A stretch of 64,000 nucleotides of DNA from Phoronis australis (Eukaryota; Animalia; Phoronida), in the NCBI GenBank assembly GCA_002633005.1, contig NMRA01000777.1, positions 1 through 64,000 on the forward strand. Reading direction: 5' to 3'. The notes beneath the pieces were generated by a model. The model was not told the DNA's origin, searched no databases, and was given only the letters and a program-made list of their open reading frames with translations. The first letter of the stretch is position 1; every line of letters begins with the position of its first letter. Of the stretch, positions 51,324 to 64,000 are shown piece after piece. Position numbers and translations under genes: made by a program.

Positions 51324-54300
51324 GACGTTTCTCTTAATCGGCCGAGTGCCTTTTGAAGTCAATATAGCATTGTCAGCATCTGCCAAATAAAATTTCAATT
51401 CATTGAAGGTACTTGTTTTAAGTTGTCAACCAATATGTTATGCATTTACCAAAATAAAATACGCGATCTGAACAATATAATTTTCTCATAATATTCGTTG
51501 TCGTGATAAGAATCTATTTCCATTACCAACTGAAGTCACAAGCAATGCGCCCAAGCGTCACTTTCGAATTCGTAAAACTTAAGGGTTGGGCAACCCCAAT
51601 AAACCCTTAAGCCGCGTTTTCTTGAGTCGCTGACGATGTTCTAATTGGTAACAGAAACCGAATCCTTAAAGATAAAAGGCTTAATACGATTTTCTTTTTT
51701 AGCCAGCTAAACAGAGTTCCAGAAGGCAGCCCAAGTCAATTCAGTATGACGTGAACTTTTGCAATATCGTACACGCTCAGTGTGTAACGACAATATAGCA
51801 GTGTTCATCAGTTTATCATTAGCCAATAATGGAGTATATGTTTGAATGTTCACCAGGATCTAAACTGCTTTCAAAATGAACAATATGACTTATATGACTA
51901 AAACGACAATAACGAACTTCACGAAAATGTACTGGGGCAAGTAGGGGTGTGAAGTAGTTTCGTATTTGCGGTATCCATCAGTCAGCTGTTGAGCAAGCAA
52001 ACGTGACTGAAAATCTTGATCAGCTTCCGTTTATTTTAATCGCTTAAGTTTCCGTGTCGGGTGGGAAAAACGTTTGGGGAAGCTTGGAATTATTACCGAC
52101 AATACACGCCAATGTTTCAATAAACATTTACTGATCACGCAACATCAGTTACACATTCACTGCAAATGCGCAACGGGAGACAATGACTTTTTCAGCTTAC
52201 CTGGAGTATTTTTGAGTGCGAATTACAAATAACGAGTGAATGACTGGACTTCTATTACAAAAGTGGCTGGTATAATTAGTGTAAGAAATTAACACTCTAT
52301 TTAATGTAATAACTGTTTTATTACCATTGAACCAGGGATTTGTACTTTAGTTTAAAGTTCTGTAATTCAAACTTTTCAAATTCCCTCTCCCTTCCGGAAA
52401 CGATACTCGGTAAAGCACACTCAACGTTTATTGTTCAGAGAAGGTGCAAAATGAGGATTTTACAGAAGGTAGATCGATAGTGCGTCTTTGAATTCTATCA
52501 CTTACCGAAAAAACTGACAGGGCCAAGTGGCCGAGCCAAGTGACCTGCGGGCCAAGACACCGGGCGAAGCCAAGATTGAACCTAGCCTCAAACAATACCA
52601 GGCCAAGAAGCCATTTCAAATGTGAGTGTGGAACAAGTCGAGATCATCTTGATATATAAGGGTAGTTGACCTAACCCAAAAGTTGTTTCTGATTGAAGAC
52701 ATAGCAATGTAACCAGCACGTGATTAGTGAGCTGTCAAGCTTTCCCAGATTAATGTTTTATTTAATGAATCAAATTTAAATGAAAAATTAAGCAAACAAG
52801 TTCCAAATGGGCTTACCGTTTCTGTCGTTTTACCAATTTGGTGTTCTTCGCACTGTATGTGTTAAACATTCTGCGTACGTTTAATTTCTGTAATGGTTAT
52901 TTATTGTTATTTTGAATAATATCAATGCTTAGCAACACACTGATAACGATAATCGTTGAACCAACACGGACTACCGTAGCTGCCAAAACGGGTTCGTAAA
53001 TTAAAAAACCGAGTAGGTGTTGATCCTGTCGAGGGAACAGGAGATAAATCTGTTGTCAAATTAGGACTGGAGTGACTAAATAGACAAAGAACACCGACAC
53101 ATTCACAATAGTAAGTGATTATTTATAGCAAAGTTAATATTTACATCTCGAAGGGGGGTTAACATAGAGGGCACTTAAAAATTTTGTACATGAGCAAAAT
53201 AACCTTTCGCTTGCCTGTGCAAATTTCGATCTAGCAAAAGCGAATATTACATGAATGAAAATAAACACATAGATGTCTCGTTGTGTTCATGGGTGCCCAC
53301 CTGAACACACGCTCATTTTTTGTGAGTAAGTTCGTCTACACTGGTCACGCATTAACAAAATAGGAATCAAATACCAGTCGACAAATATTTAAAGAAATTG
53401 CTAACCAATTGCCAGTATACTTTACTGTCTTGTGTCAACCTACAAAAGTACGTTTTCCAAAATCAGATTTCTTGCATGAGGTAATAATTAATTTTATTAA
53501 TCTTCACCATGGATTCAAAATATGAGTAGAGCGGTGTATATCTTACACATATCTATACAAGTTCTTTGATACGTTATCGTCATTGATTTTACATGAGACT
53601 TACTAATATAGTGATTTCGAAATGCTCTTCATAAGCCAGAGATGGGCATTAGTGTTCGCAAGGTAAGACATAAAGTTTACTCAACAGTCAACCGAACTGT
53701 CACTGTAAACATTCAGTCATATATTTACTGTAACCTTGGAACTTAGTGTGTAAGATCCGACGCAAAGCCAATAAGATAAGTCAGTAGATCACTGATTACA
53801 CTTTGTTTCATAACAACCGGGACAAGCTGGTGATATTCTGTCACCAGTGTACGAGGGACCTAGTGGCTGACAGTTAAATGGCCGGGCTTCCACGAAGAGT
53901 CACACGAAATAACTCCTGCGTTTATAAGAACTTGTTTCTCACAACTTTAAAACACATTCAAAGCATTTGATTTACATTCTAAGCATTCCAGTAAATTTCC
54001 TGCATTTAATTGTGGTCACTGCAAGTGAAGCTTTGCTGGCGGTCTGCATCTTAAAACATGAATAGCCTAGAGTAAAGGACATAATTAATCTGTCGGATGG
54101 TGTTTCGAAAAGTAACTTGATGAATTCAAGACAAAGTTAATAGTTAAATGAAAAGCTGCCTATTGTTCTGTATGAAATCGCCAGACACGGTGGATAACGA
54201 CAGGTTTTTTATGGTTACTAACGACACAGTGGAGAACGCGTTTTCTTTAAGGACTACTTTGAAGCGTAACAAGTATTTCCTTAGTTCACAATTTGTACAA

Positions 54301-57300
54301 AAATTCTCACCTTAAGTGGAATTCGGGCACTGGGCCAGCTGTATCAGTAATCCGCCGACTGCTGACAGCTCTTTACTGTCGCTAAGCTGTGCTACACATT
54401 AACTCCAGTGCACTTTTTATCTCCAGCAAAGAAAATCTTGTAGAAAGCTGATACGGCATCGAATAATAAACGAACATTTACGTTTATTCGCAAATAAACA
54501 AACGACGAATTGTTCGACCAAATAATCCGTTCTTGTGAATGATTCGACTGGCATAAACACATTCACGAACTGTTCGCCGCGATATTTATCGTCTTTACGC
54601 GCATTCATCCAAGGACATTCCCTCACTTCCTTCAACCACCACAAGAGGTCACGTGTTAATCTAACTGTACATTAAGCAGTATAATTAAATAATACATACA
54701 TATAAAACTAGCAATAGAAATCGTTATTCATAATCTGTCGGCGTGTAACTTGTGCCTTTATGGATTTGATTGAACGAACTAAATAAAATATAGAGAAAAG
54801 GCTTACGCGTTTACATAGGCTATGTAGTGTATAATCGCAGTGCCTTTGAATTGATCAGCTGTTTATACAACAAACAAGGAGCATAATGACTGGAGGGATT
54901 GAAACGAACTCGAAGTTTGACAGCATACTAGAGGGTGGATGTTTTTCTATTCAGCGATATAAAAAGAGAGCTTATGTTTTATCGAACAAAGCGTTGGTAA
55001 ATTTCAACACGTCTTATATTTGTTAACGCTTACGTTTGTAGAGAGGTGACAGACAGCAAACACAAAACATTTAATTCTTCATTCTATTGCTTTTGTACAC
55101 CAATGAAATTAAACGCCAATTTAAGCCCTTAGATTAAGAGTTGCGAAATTTGTAATATGCTAATTTTTCACTAGTTTAGCCAGCAGTATAAGCGGCAAGT
55201 AAAATTCCGTTATCCACAAAAGTAAAGAGTAAGGATATTTAACCTTTTACAAACGCGGTTTGGAGTGTGTAGATGTCATGCAATAACATTTGCAAACGTT
55301 TTCATTATTTACAAAAAGGTAATCGGTCTTTGAAAGATGGAAAAAATACCGTTTTGGAATCTGTGTTTGTCCGAAATAACAGTAGAATTACAGTCGTGAC
55401 CGATGAAAGTCTATACATGACGGTAACAGTACATTTGCAGCAGTTGCACTCTTACTTTACAAATCTGACAGTTGAGCTCACGAACAGGGCATTCATAGAA
55501 ATGAATTCGTGTATCACCATTCTCTGAAATGGCTAGTTTTATCTCGTTCGGTTAGGGTAGTCGTAGTGAAATATATATGAAGAAAAATTCCCATATATAT
55601 CTTTAAATCTTTCATTGCAACATGGCCCGTTGATGTCACGCTATTTTCGTACCACGTGACTGATTGCTTCTCGGTAACTGTGTTTTCAAATCAGTCACCG
55701 ACTTACGGATGCTTTACCTAACATAAGTTGAAAAATATCTAATGTTTTTCTAAGCCTCAAAACAAATGTCCTAACTTTGTTAATTGAATTATTAATGTAC
55801 AACAAACCAGTGTCTTCTGTCAAAACAACTTTTAATTTAGACAATTTACCGTTAAAATCGGAAACCTCGTGTTCTTAACTCAGTTTAGAGAATTGACGAC
55901 AACGTATTTTATTGTTTTATACTTGTGGTCAAAGCTGGTCAAAGTCTGCCCTGTTCAGTTATAATCACAAAGATGTGTTTTTGAAAAAGGAAGTTTTTCT
56001 TTACATTATAGAAAGTTTCCGTCCACAAATGTCCTTTCGGTATCGCCTTTCAGTCCACACGACTACGCTACGTTTTCAATACGTTTTACGCGCACATGTA
56101 TCGGTTCATATCATTTTCGCAATTCACACAAATACACGCAACGTCAGTCTTTTTGAAAAGTTGCGTTTTCATAGTCCTCGCGAGTACACGCACAGTGAAA
56201 ACAACGTTGTTAAATAATTCCATCCTGAAAAACGTTTAAAAAGTTACATTTCCAATGGATTCGTGTGAACATGAGACGCGATGGTACGAAAACGATATAA
56301 TGTGGAGCCGGTGAACGGTTCTGACTTCCCTTGCACTTTATGTTTACAATTTCTCAGTGTATCTGTGTTGTTTTCGCTTGTCATTGCAAGTATGATTACG
56401 TCACACGAATATTGATGAAGATAGTGCCCGGCTTCAGACAGTGGTTCCGCCCTAGTAATTTCTAGTTTAAATTTTGACTTTGGTATTATTACATTATGTG
56501 AATGGTGCAGGGAAAAACGGTCGAGTTGCTTTAATGTAAGAAGGTTTTCAGATTGTTTTGCATTGGAAGTGCTTTCTAGTTTAGTTTTGTTTCCGGTAAC
56601 TAGGCTAATATCGTAGAGCATCTTGGTTGCTTTGCTGATCAAATCACAAGTGTCCAATCATTTGTAATATGAAATCGAGTATATGCATCATACGACCGAA
56701 TGAATTTCTTGTAAAATAGTCACGTGACAGCTTTTATATTGAAATCCGTGGAACATCTGCGATGGGTTTCGGGAAATCGGTATTCCAACCAGATTAAATG
56801 AAGGACTGTGATCCGAAGACCTACTTGCTAAAAAAGTTAGTGTAGCCGGGGTGAGGCGTGTGCTTCGCTTGTAATACACAGCGTTACGTCCAGATTTGCG
56901 TGATCTCGTGTTTTCGCGAGTTACTTGCGCGTACATCCTAGAGAACGTGACGAGTGGTGACGAGGACAGATACCCCACAATTATCTGCGGTCATTATGGG
57001 GTTATGCGGTGTGATGTACTAAAATGACGCAAACAAAAGGAAGTTAATGAACGGAATTACGCTTTCCTTTCGTCAACTTCAAGTTGTCCTTCTGGGCTGA
57101 GCTGCATAAAGCTTCGAGTTATCCGCTGGATAAGTTTGATTGTTGCATAACGTCAGGCACATTGTTCAAGGTGACGCGTGATAATGCGACGTCATTGCTA
57201 CTATACGGCGTATAACTTTTATGCAACTAGGCCCAGGTGTAATAAACAGGCGCAAGACACTTTGGCGTGCAGTCATTAAATTAATTTACTATCACAACTT

Positions 57301-58186
57301 TGAAGCCTGTGAAAGAATAAGCTCGCAAATAAGACCAGAACGTATATTATCAGTTACATTTTCAATTAAGGCAATCTCTGGTACAAATATTGTTCAAGAA
57401 AGTTTAACAGGTGGAATGACATAGGTGAATTAAAGTAAATAATTAAAAACTAAAGAATCTTTAACCAAAGGGCATGACTACAGTTTTGTCCGTGGTTGCT
57501 AACGACATTTACAAGGGTCGTAAACACAACAGACGAGAGGTAAAAGAAATAATTATCGCTAAAGCGCGAGAAGAGCGATCAAAGCGAAGACGTAAAAAGG
57601 TAAAATGAATAACTTTAAAACCAAACGATTCGCCAACGAGTCTTCCTGACTGACTGAAGTCACTTGTTGAAGAATAATTTCGCTTCAACGTTTTGCCTGT
57701 TGACAGGTTTTACATTTCGGTTTTTGTTACATTTTACCTACTTGAGAAGTTACTGAAAATACAATGCCACAACCCAACTGGCTCTTATAAAACAAAGTTT
57801 CTCAAAGATATGATAGCTGTAAGAGAAATTTCTTGCCTCTGGGAGTCAATGGTGTTCAATAGCGATCGGTAACAGAGAGAGCTCGTAGAGTCAGCCCCAC
57901 CATGGCCGGGCGAATTTGGCGAGATCACGCAACAGATCGAGCAAGTGAAAGGCGAGTGAAGCTCTCAGTCTTACAAAAATAAACTTGCAAAATGGCAGCC
58001 ATTGAAGTGTATGTCGGTAAGACTGGAATGAAGAATCATGCGAGAAAGCTGTGTGTGAACCCTCTATTCCTGTTCCATAGTAAGCCAAAATGTTTCGTCC
58101 AAAGTGTGTTGCGAGTGACTTGCGTTACCGAACGCGCCCTCGCACAGTCATCAGCGCCACCACCTCAGCTCAGTCGATTGGTTCTG

Positions 58187-58372
58187 TTACTGTCTTAATT
58201 GCTCCACACTCTCGTAGACCGCTTTTACGAGATCCACATGTCGCTGTTCAATTAGGCAGAAACCGAGTGGAGACATGAAGTTTGTGAGGTAACTGAAGCC
58301 TAGTCGGGTGTCTATGTCTCCAAATACACTTTTACACCCATAACCAAAGTGACCGAAGCATGTGTAATTAGT
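58187..58372 (-). CDS. Beta-lactamase-family serine hydrolase, last exon
   Basis: Translates TNYTCFGHFGYGCKSVFGDIDTRLGFSYLTNFM...EQLRQ*, with the FGHxGxG motif. tttCAG acceptor. Confidence 0.9.
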   Translation of the reverse strand, partial: TNYTCFGHFGYGCKSVFGDIDTRLGFSYLTNFMSPLGFCLIEQRHVDLVKAVYESVEQLRQ

Positions 58373-58618
58373 CTGAAACAATAAATGAAATAGTAAAGTT
58401 GGAAATTGAAACCACCACAGACTCGGAGGTCACAAACATTTTTGATGTCAAAACTACAAACACGCGAGACTACGGGTTAGAAAGACACGATATACCTCGG
58501 TCTCTTTTTCATCTCTGGTCACGAGCTTGTGACGCATGTATATCAGCGGGGACATTTGTCGATCACAAACAATTTTATTTCAAGACTCTGTGCGCCCTCA
58601 GTCGACTGACTGTCTTAC

Positions 58619-58789
58619 CGCGGATATCCAGGGATGAAGTAGGAGCACTCCCGGACCAAACGTGGCTTCCATAGGGATTACTTTGTCAGGTCCTGATACT
58701 TCCACGGTATTAAGACGCTTGATAGCCTCCTTTGACAAAAGAACACGACCGTCACTGGCCTTGCCACCTGATGCCAATATACCGGCGAC
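58619..58789 (-). CDS. Beta-lactamase-family serine hydrolase exon
   Basis: 171 bp, AG/GTAAG bounded. Translates VAGILASGGKASDGRVLLSKEAIKRL...GPDKVIPMEATFGPG... Confidence 0.88.
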
Positions 58790-58921
58790 CTTGAATGAAT
58801 GAAAACGGCAGTATCACTGAGGACTGACTTCGTAACAAATGAAATTCAACAGATTCCTGCGTCTAACTCTTGGTGCTTTTATTAAAAAATTTCTACAGTG
58901 CACATGATATTGTTGAAACAA

Positions 58922-59326
58922 AGATCTACTATGTCACAGTTCTACTGTGTCACAGATCTACTGTGTCACAGACCTACTGTGTTACAGGTCTACTGTGTCT
59001 CCATAGATTATAGACAACAGATTCACAACTACATTTTCTTGCGTACTATCCCCGAGGAGGCACCGCTCCCCTAAATTATCTGTACCAGTTTCCGATTAGT
59101 GTATTGTAACGACACAACAGCCGACCATGATTAGCAGACGACGTACTTGCCGGAAATAACACCAGACAATTTGGCCAGGCGTCGGTAGTGAATATGACGT
59201 CATTGCTTCTGTAAGAGCACAGATTTCGTCCGTTGAAAGTATACGGAATTGACGGTCCATGTACTATAGTCTATGGTGTTACAGGTCTACTGTGTCACAG
59301 ATCTACAGTGTCACCGATCTACAGTG
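58922..59326. repeat. 16-bp minisatellite (GATCTACTGTGTCACA) interrupted by a MITE
   Basis: Repeat units at 58922-59000 and 59277-59326. Confidence 0.8.
59001..59276. mobile_element. MITE with CCATAGA(C/T)TATAG termini
   Basis: Inverted termini CCATAGATTATAG ... CTATAGTCTATGG. Confidence 0.65.
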
Positions 59327-59736
59327 CCAAAAATTTCTCATTTTACAAAATACTCATTGATTTCTGCCTTCAAAAATTAGAGGTGACCTATAATCGATAA
59401 GAAGCATATCAGTTTTGAAAGTCGAATTTAAGTTGCTCGGTATCCTATATTCTGTATAAAAGTCAAGGCCGTTTTTCTCCACCATCTCCAATCTGGTGCC
59501 ACAAATTTTGCTCACACCCTCGCCAACACAATTTGTCTACTGCAACTTACGTAGTATCTTATACAACTGGTAGTGTTGAAAGCTGATCATTTATTGCTCA
59601 TTTTCGTTACACTTTTGAACACTCATTTCCAGCACAAGGTAAAAAAATGAGCCCATAACAAGGAAGAAACCCACACAATGCCCAGCCCATTTGAGCAGAC
59701 GATATCCTTCAACTATCTCGTCTGTCAAGCTCTCAC

Positions 59737-59811
59737 CTTAGCTGCAGCAGCGGCAGTGCCGTAACCATGGAACGAGACGATTCCAACGGACCGGTAGTCT
59801 GGATGATTGGC
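59737..59811 (-). CDS. Beta-lactamase-family serine hydrolase exon
   Basis: 75 bp, CAG/GTGAG bounded. Translates ANHPDYRSVGIVSFHGYGTAAAAAK. Confidence 0.88.
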
Positions 59812-60526
59812 CTGCAAGAGATGTAAAGAAGGGGTTAAACATTCAAAATTACCCCGTGAACAATGCAACTTGTTAAACTCGGATTTGTGCTAGCCTAAAT
59901 TATAAAGGTGTCACGTTAGTGTACTTTTGTAATTTCAAACAAGTATTAGTTACATAATATGTTATATCCTATTTTGTATCCAACAGGAAATGGAGAAGGG
60001 CAAAATACATGGGATCGTGTAGATGGCCTTTCACACAACATGCGCGCACCCAGACTTTAATATGGGGGGCTCGACAAAGTGGACCTATTTCTAACAAAAA
60101 AGCGGGAGGACTAAAAAAAACGGGGTACCACCTTCAGGCCTGTCAACTCTGCGTTCGAGCCCCCCGAGCCCTCCCGAGTTCTCCGCTTTCATGAAAACAG
60201 GAATGGTATCATTATGCTTCTTTCTGAAAATGTTTGCAGTAAAAGTAAGTTTTTGCTGCGTCTACGAGCAAGATTTTGCAGTTAATTCTTTTGTTTGCTT
60301 TTCAAAGTGGCAAATGAAAGAAAACAGAAAATGTCATCTTCAAGCCTTGGCGATCCTGGAACACTCGTCCATTTATGTTAAAAGCCTGTCACACTTCCAT
60401 CCACTAAAACTTTCACATGTGAGGATCAATCCACACTTGATAAGTAATGGAATATGTTCACAAAAGCGAGTCCTCGTTAATAGATGTTTATTCTGTTTCT
60501 ATATCCAGAGGCGTACTTGCGCTTAC

Positions 60527-60834
60527 CGTCGCATGAAAGTCCGACTTCAAATTCTTGAACACCTTCTTGAGCATTTCCGAGGGCATCAATTCCCGTATGG
60601 TCTGTGAAATTGAATTCTGGGTGATCATGTTGTAAAATGTCATGGTTCTCGTGGATTCCCTGGCGAGACGATAGTTTTCTGCAAATGGGAGGCCCACGAA
60701 AAAATCGACACCAAACGGCTTGGCTATTTCTTCTTTGAAGAACACCTGCGCGCTGCGATGTTTAGGATCCGCCCGGCGTATTAGCTGGTCCACGTAAAGG
60801 CCAAATGTTAAAGCGTGATAACCAGATCCGGTAC
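60527..60834 (-). CDS. Beta-lactamase-family serine hydrolase exon with catalytic Tyr motif
   Basis: Translates GTGSGYHALTFGLYVDQLIRRADPKHRSAQVFFKEEIAKPFGVDFFVGLP... AG/GTAAG bounded, phase-consistent. Confidence 0.92.
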
Positions 60835-61332
60835 CTTTAAGAAAAAGTAACTACATCTCAAGGGGAGCATACGCTATGGTCATCGTAGACAGTACGTGAT
60901 ACTATGAAATTTAAAATTCTGACGTTGAATGGGACGTTATATTCATGCCTATAAATGTGCGCACCCAGCTTAAAATATAGGGGGGTTCGAATTTTTAATA
61001 TGTGGACCTTTTACTTAGAAAAAATAAAACGGGGACTAAACAAAAAACGGGTTACTACGTTCGAACCCTTGAATTGTGCATTAGCGCCGAATTCCTGTGG
61101 TCGTTTGTCTCGTTTTCTCTGACTTTATTTCTCGGGGGCGGACCTTTTCGCCCACTTCGCCCCATGGGGAGGGGGCTTGTTCGAGCCCCCCCCCTGGGTG
61201 CGCCCATGCTACTCAAATGTCAATATCGGAACATCACAAAATTTTCAGCATTGTTTTCAACTATCACTAAAATATTTGGTATTTTGGGGTTTCCATATTA
61301 TTCCACTTTTTCCTATAATGTTATTGGCTTAC

Positions 61333-61438
61333 CAAGTTTCCACAGTGGTTTTTGTCTAGCTAAGAATTTTCCAAATTTCTCCGGATCCTCCAACACTTGT
61401 CGATAGTCAAAGGCTTCATCTGTTGCAGCTAATCCAGC
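61333..61438 (-). CDS. Beta-lactamase-family serine hydrolase exon
   Basis: Translates AGLAATDEAFDYRQVLEDPEKFGKFLARQKPLWKL(G). TAG/GTAAG bounded. Confidence 0.9.
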
Positions 61439-62527
61439 CTATTAAATTATATATGTACAAAAATAGGAAGTGTCATTTTGCTACTTGAGCCATTTTTTAA
61501 ACCGAGGTAATCATTTCTTACCCGGATGAACTTTCGGAAAACAGGGGCTCCCATTTAAGTTCAACCAAGTACCCGTTGCGTAGACACGATACACTCAAAC
61601 GAACGCAAGATCACACGATTTTTCGTGAGATATTGCCAGGTATTACAATCGAAGCAAGTAAGCACATGCTCAGTTGCATTGTTTTCAGTTCTATATTGGC
61701 ATGAAGTCTAGATAAATATCGTGTCCTTATATACATTATGCTTTTGTAATGCAAATTCACTCTCACTGTATCAAACCTAATGCTCGATTTCAAACATCAA
61801 CTTGCAGCGATATCGGTAGAGTCTTCCGTAGAAACCCCCACTCGATGAAACGCCCATGGGAGTTTATTCGGAAAATTATGCCCGAATAAACCCCCATGGG
61901 CGTTTAATTGTTCTTACAACTCCTGGTGTCAAGTATCCAGCGTCAATGTTTTTGTCATAAATTCAGTTTTGCGAGCATTTATCATTTACAAAAACAGGCG
62001 TTGGCGAACTATGCATTTATTAACATAAAATTTAAAAACTTTGCGTTAAGTAAAAATGTCAATGTCAGCAAAACTATGACTTTCCGTTTACACGCCCCTC
62101 CTCCCTTCACCTTCCGAATACACGCCCGGACGTTTATTTGGTGTTACTAAATTATCTGATCAATTCCATTTCCCGAATACGCGCCCATGGGCTTATCTAC
62201 GGAAAATCCAGGTAAAGGTGAACTTCTATTGACACACTGATGCAAACTGTAATGTACTTAAGGACAAAACCAAGGAAATTTGCGTTGAGCTCCTCCTTAA
62301 GTTGACAACAGAAATCTCCAAGATCATCTTGAAGCCGGATTAGCGTAGGTCCACAAATATTGTGTTTCAGGCCCGGATGTCAAGATCTTTGCTTTTTTTC
62401 TGGTATAAATATTGAAAATCTGATTGGTTTGGAATGAGAAGTAATTGAGTGTGAAAATAAACTAAAGTGCTGTTTTTTTCAAAAATCCTTGTTTTTATCT
62501 CACACTGTCCAGTTGGCAAAGTTCATC

Positions 62528-63388
62528 GGATTGTTCTAAGGCCCCTCGATCCCCACATCCCACGATACCCTCGACCCACAACCCCCACGACCCACAACCC
62601 CCACGACCCACAACCCCCTCGACCCATGACCTGAGGCAATACATGTATCTTTGCGCTTTTTACATGTTTCATAATCATATTACGTCGCTGAGTGACATAC
62701 CTACATGCGAATCTGTTCAGGCTCAAGTCTGCTGGTTAAAAACAGAAAGTGATGTGTGAACATGATCTGAAATAGCGGATTGTTAATGTGCTATCGTTGT
62801 CACGGAAATAGTTCCACGAGGGGTTACCAATGGCCATGTCCAACTAAACTTAGGGAGTTCGTTAACGAGAATGTGCAGAATTTCACATTTTTATTATTTG
62901 CTTTCTGTTGTATACTCGTTAACAACATACTCCATACAACGTCGATTACCTAAACAGTTTGTTTTCTTTTGAAACTCTATTTACTGAAATAATTACATAT
63001 TCGTCGGGTTCTCGCACTCTCCCAAAAAGTCTGAATCTGCCATTCATTAAAGAACAGACGAGACGATTACACTCTGTCGGGAACGACATTTGTATCGTCA
63101 TTAGGTCTTTGATTTGATTTGGTCGTGTTGTTTTTTTTTCTATTTTTGACTTTCAAACTTGCCTAAATTGACTCTCTTAATTTAAAAAAACAAAATAACA
63201 GGGAAAAGACAACCAAGCTGACGACCAGACTCGTAAGTCTTGCAAGTCAGCGCATATATGTTCAGACAGAGTCGAGCTTGTGTAGACTGGGTCGGCGAGG
63301 GAGTTGTGTGTCGTGAATCGAGGGAGTCGTGGGTCGAGGGGGTTGTGAGTCGACGGGTTTTGGGGTCAAGGGGGTTTTAGAACAAGCC
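62528..63388. mobile_element. Mutator/foldback-like non-autonomous element in an intron
   Basis: TIRs GG(A/C)TTGTTCTAA, subterminal CGACCCACAACCCC repeats in inverted orientation, and a 9-bp TSD AAGTTCATC / AAGTTCACC. Confidence 0.7.
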
Positions 63389-63922
63389 AAGTTCACCAAC
63401 AGAATCAGCGCATGGGTTTACATCAAGAACGTATGAGTGAATGTGATGTGTTGGTTTTCAAAATTCCGCGTTACAGTTTGTGTGTCAGTGGGAAGCATTA
63501 ATTAACGCTATTGGCTTACACAACGGAAATACTGGGTGTACTCTGTGTTTTAACGTTCTGCCATTTCGCCTACAGTTCAACATTCCCACGCAGCATGCTT
63601 AAGTGCACAGCGCACGAAAGGGTCCTTTCTTCTTTTTAAGCCCTTTTGGGGAGTAAGGGGCACCCTTTTCACTACATCCACTCCGTTGGCTTACACATCA
63701 TGCTAACTGTTTAAATTTCTCAACAGTATTAGGAACCCTTTCAAGTTTTTCCTTCTGCAGGTAGGTTAGCTTTTTTCGCTTGGTTTCCAAGACATTCTGA
63801 ATGTCGTTCTTCAATTTGGTGCAAGGATTTTGAGCTGTGTACCAGCCGGGAATATCGATGGCTTCTTGTCATCGACCCTCTCATACACGCTATTTTATTA
63901 TATATTATGTGTGTAATACAAC

Positions 63923-64000
63923 CTGGTGACTTAGCAGTTCTTTCACTTTTACATTCTCTTTTCCGTTGGCTGCAAATTCTGGCCAGTAGGTGGCGACAGT
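63923..64000 (-). CDS. Beta-lactamase-family serine hydrolase exon (partial; gene continues beyond the right edge)
   Basis: Translates TVATYWPEFAANGKENVKVKELLSHQ then a GT donor. Joins the next exon to give the family motif LLSHQAGL. Confidence 0.92.

Noticed and set aside
58187-64000. Bacterial contamination or recent horizontal transfer of a beta-lactamase
   Set aside because: The gene has canonical GT-AG introns containing host-type repeats, so it is an integrated eukaryotic gene.

Overview
AT-rich, intron-containing animal genomic DNA, most likely a marine invertebrate (species not determinable), from a heterozygous draft assembly with N-gaps and haplotype duplicates. Four protein-coding loci are supported. 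(1) The 5' part of PRIMPOL on the minus strand: six exons at 1886-7518 carrying the DxE, SxH and hDh motifs, continuing off the left edge. (2) A neurotrophin (NGF/BDNF family) with one coding exon at 44263-44988 on the plus strand. (3) An uncharacterised coiled-coil/disordered protein at 50094-51323 on the minus strand. (4) The 3' part of a beta-lactamase-family serine hydrolase, six exons at 58187-64000 on the minus strand. The 9-29 kb interval is rich in transposon relics (AcademX-like, hAT, MITEs). The most interesting signal lies in the ~14 kb upstream of the neurotrophin exon. Three ATG|GTAAG splice donors there (31559, 35863, 39204) would each splice in frame onto the same acceptor and complete the signal peptide, and the most distal lies downstream of a perfect CRE next to a TATA box. 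This suggests a BDNF-like multi-promoter architecture in an invertebrate. It is an inference from sequence and needs transcript data.
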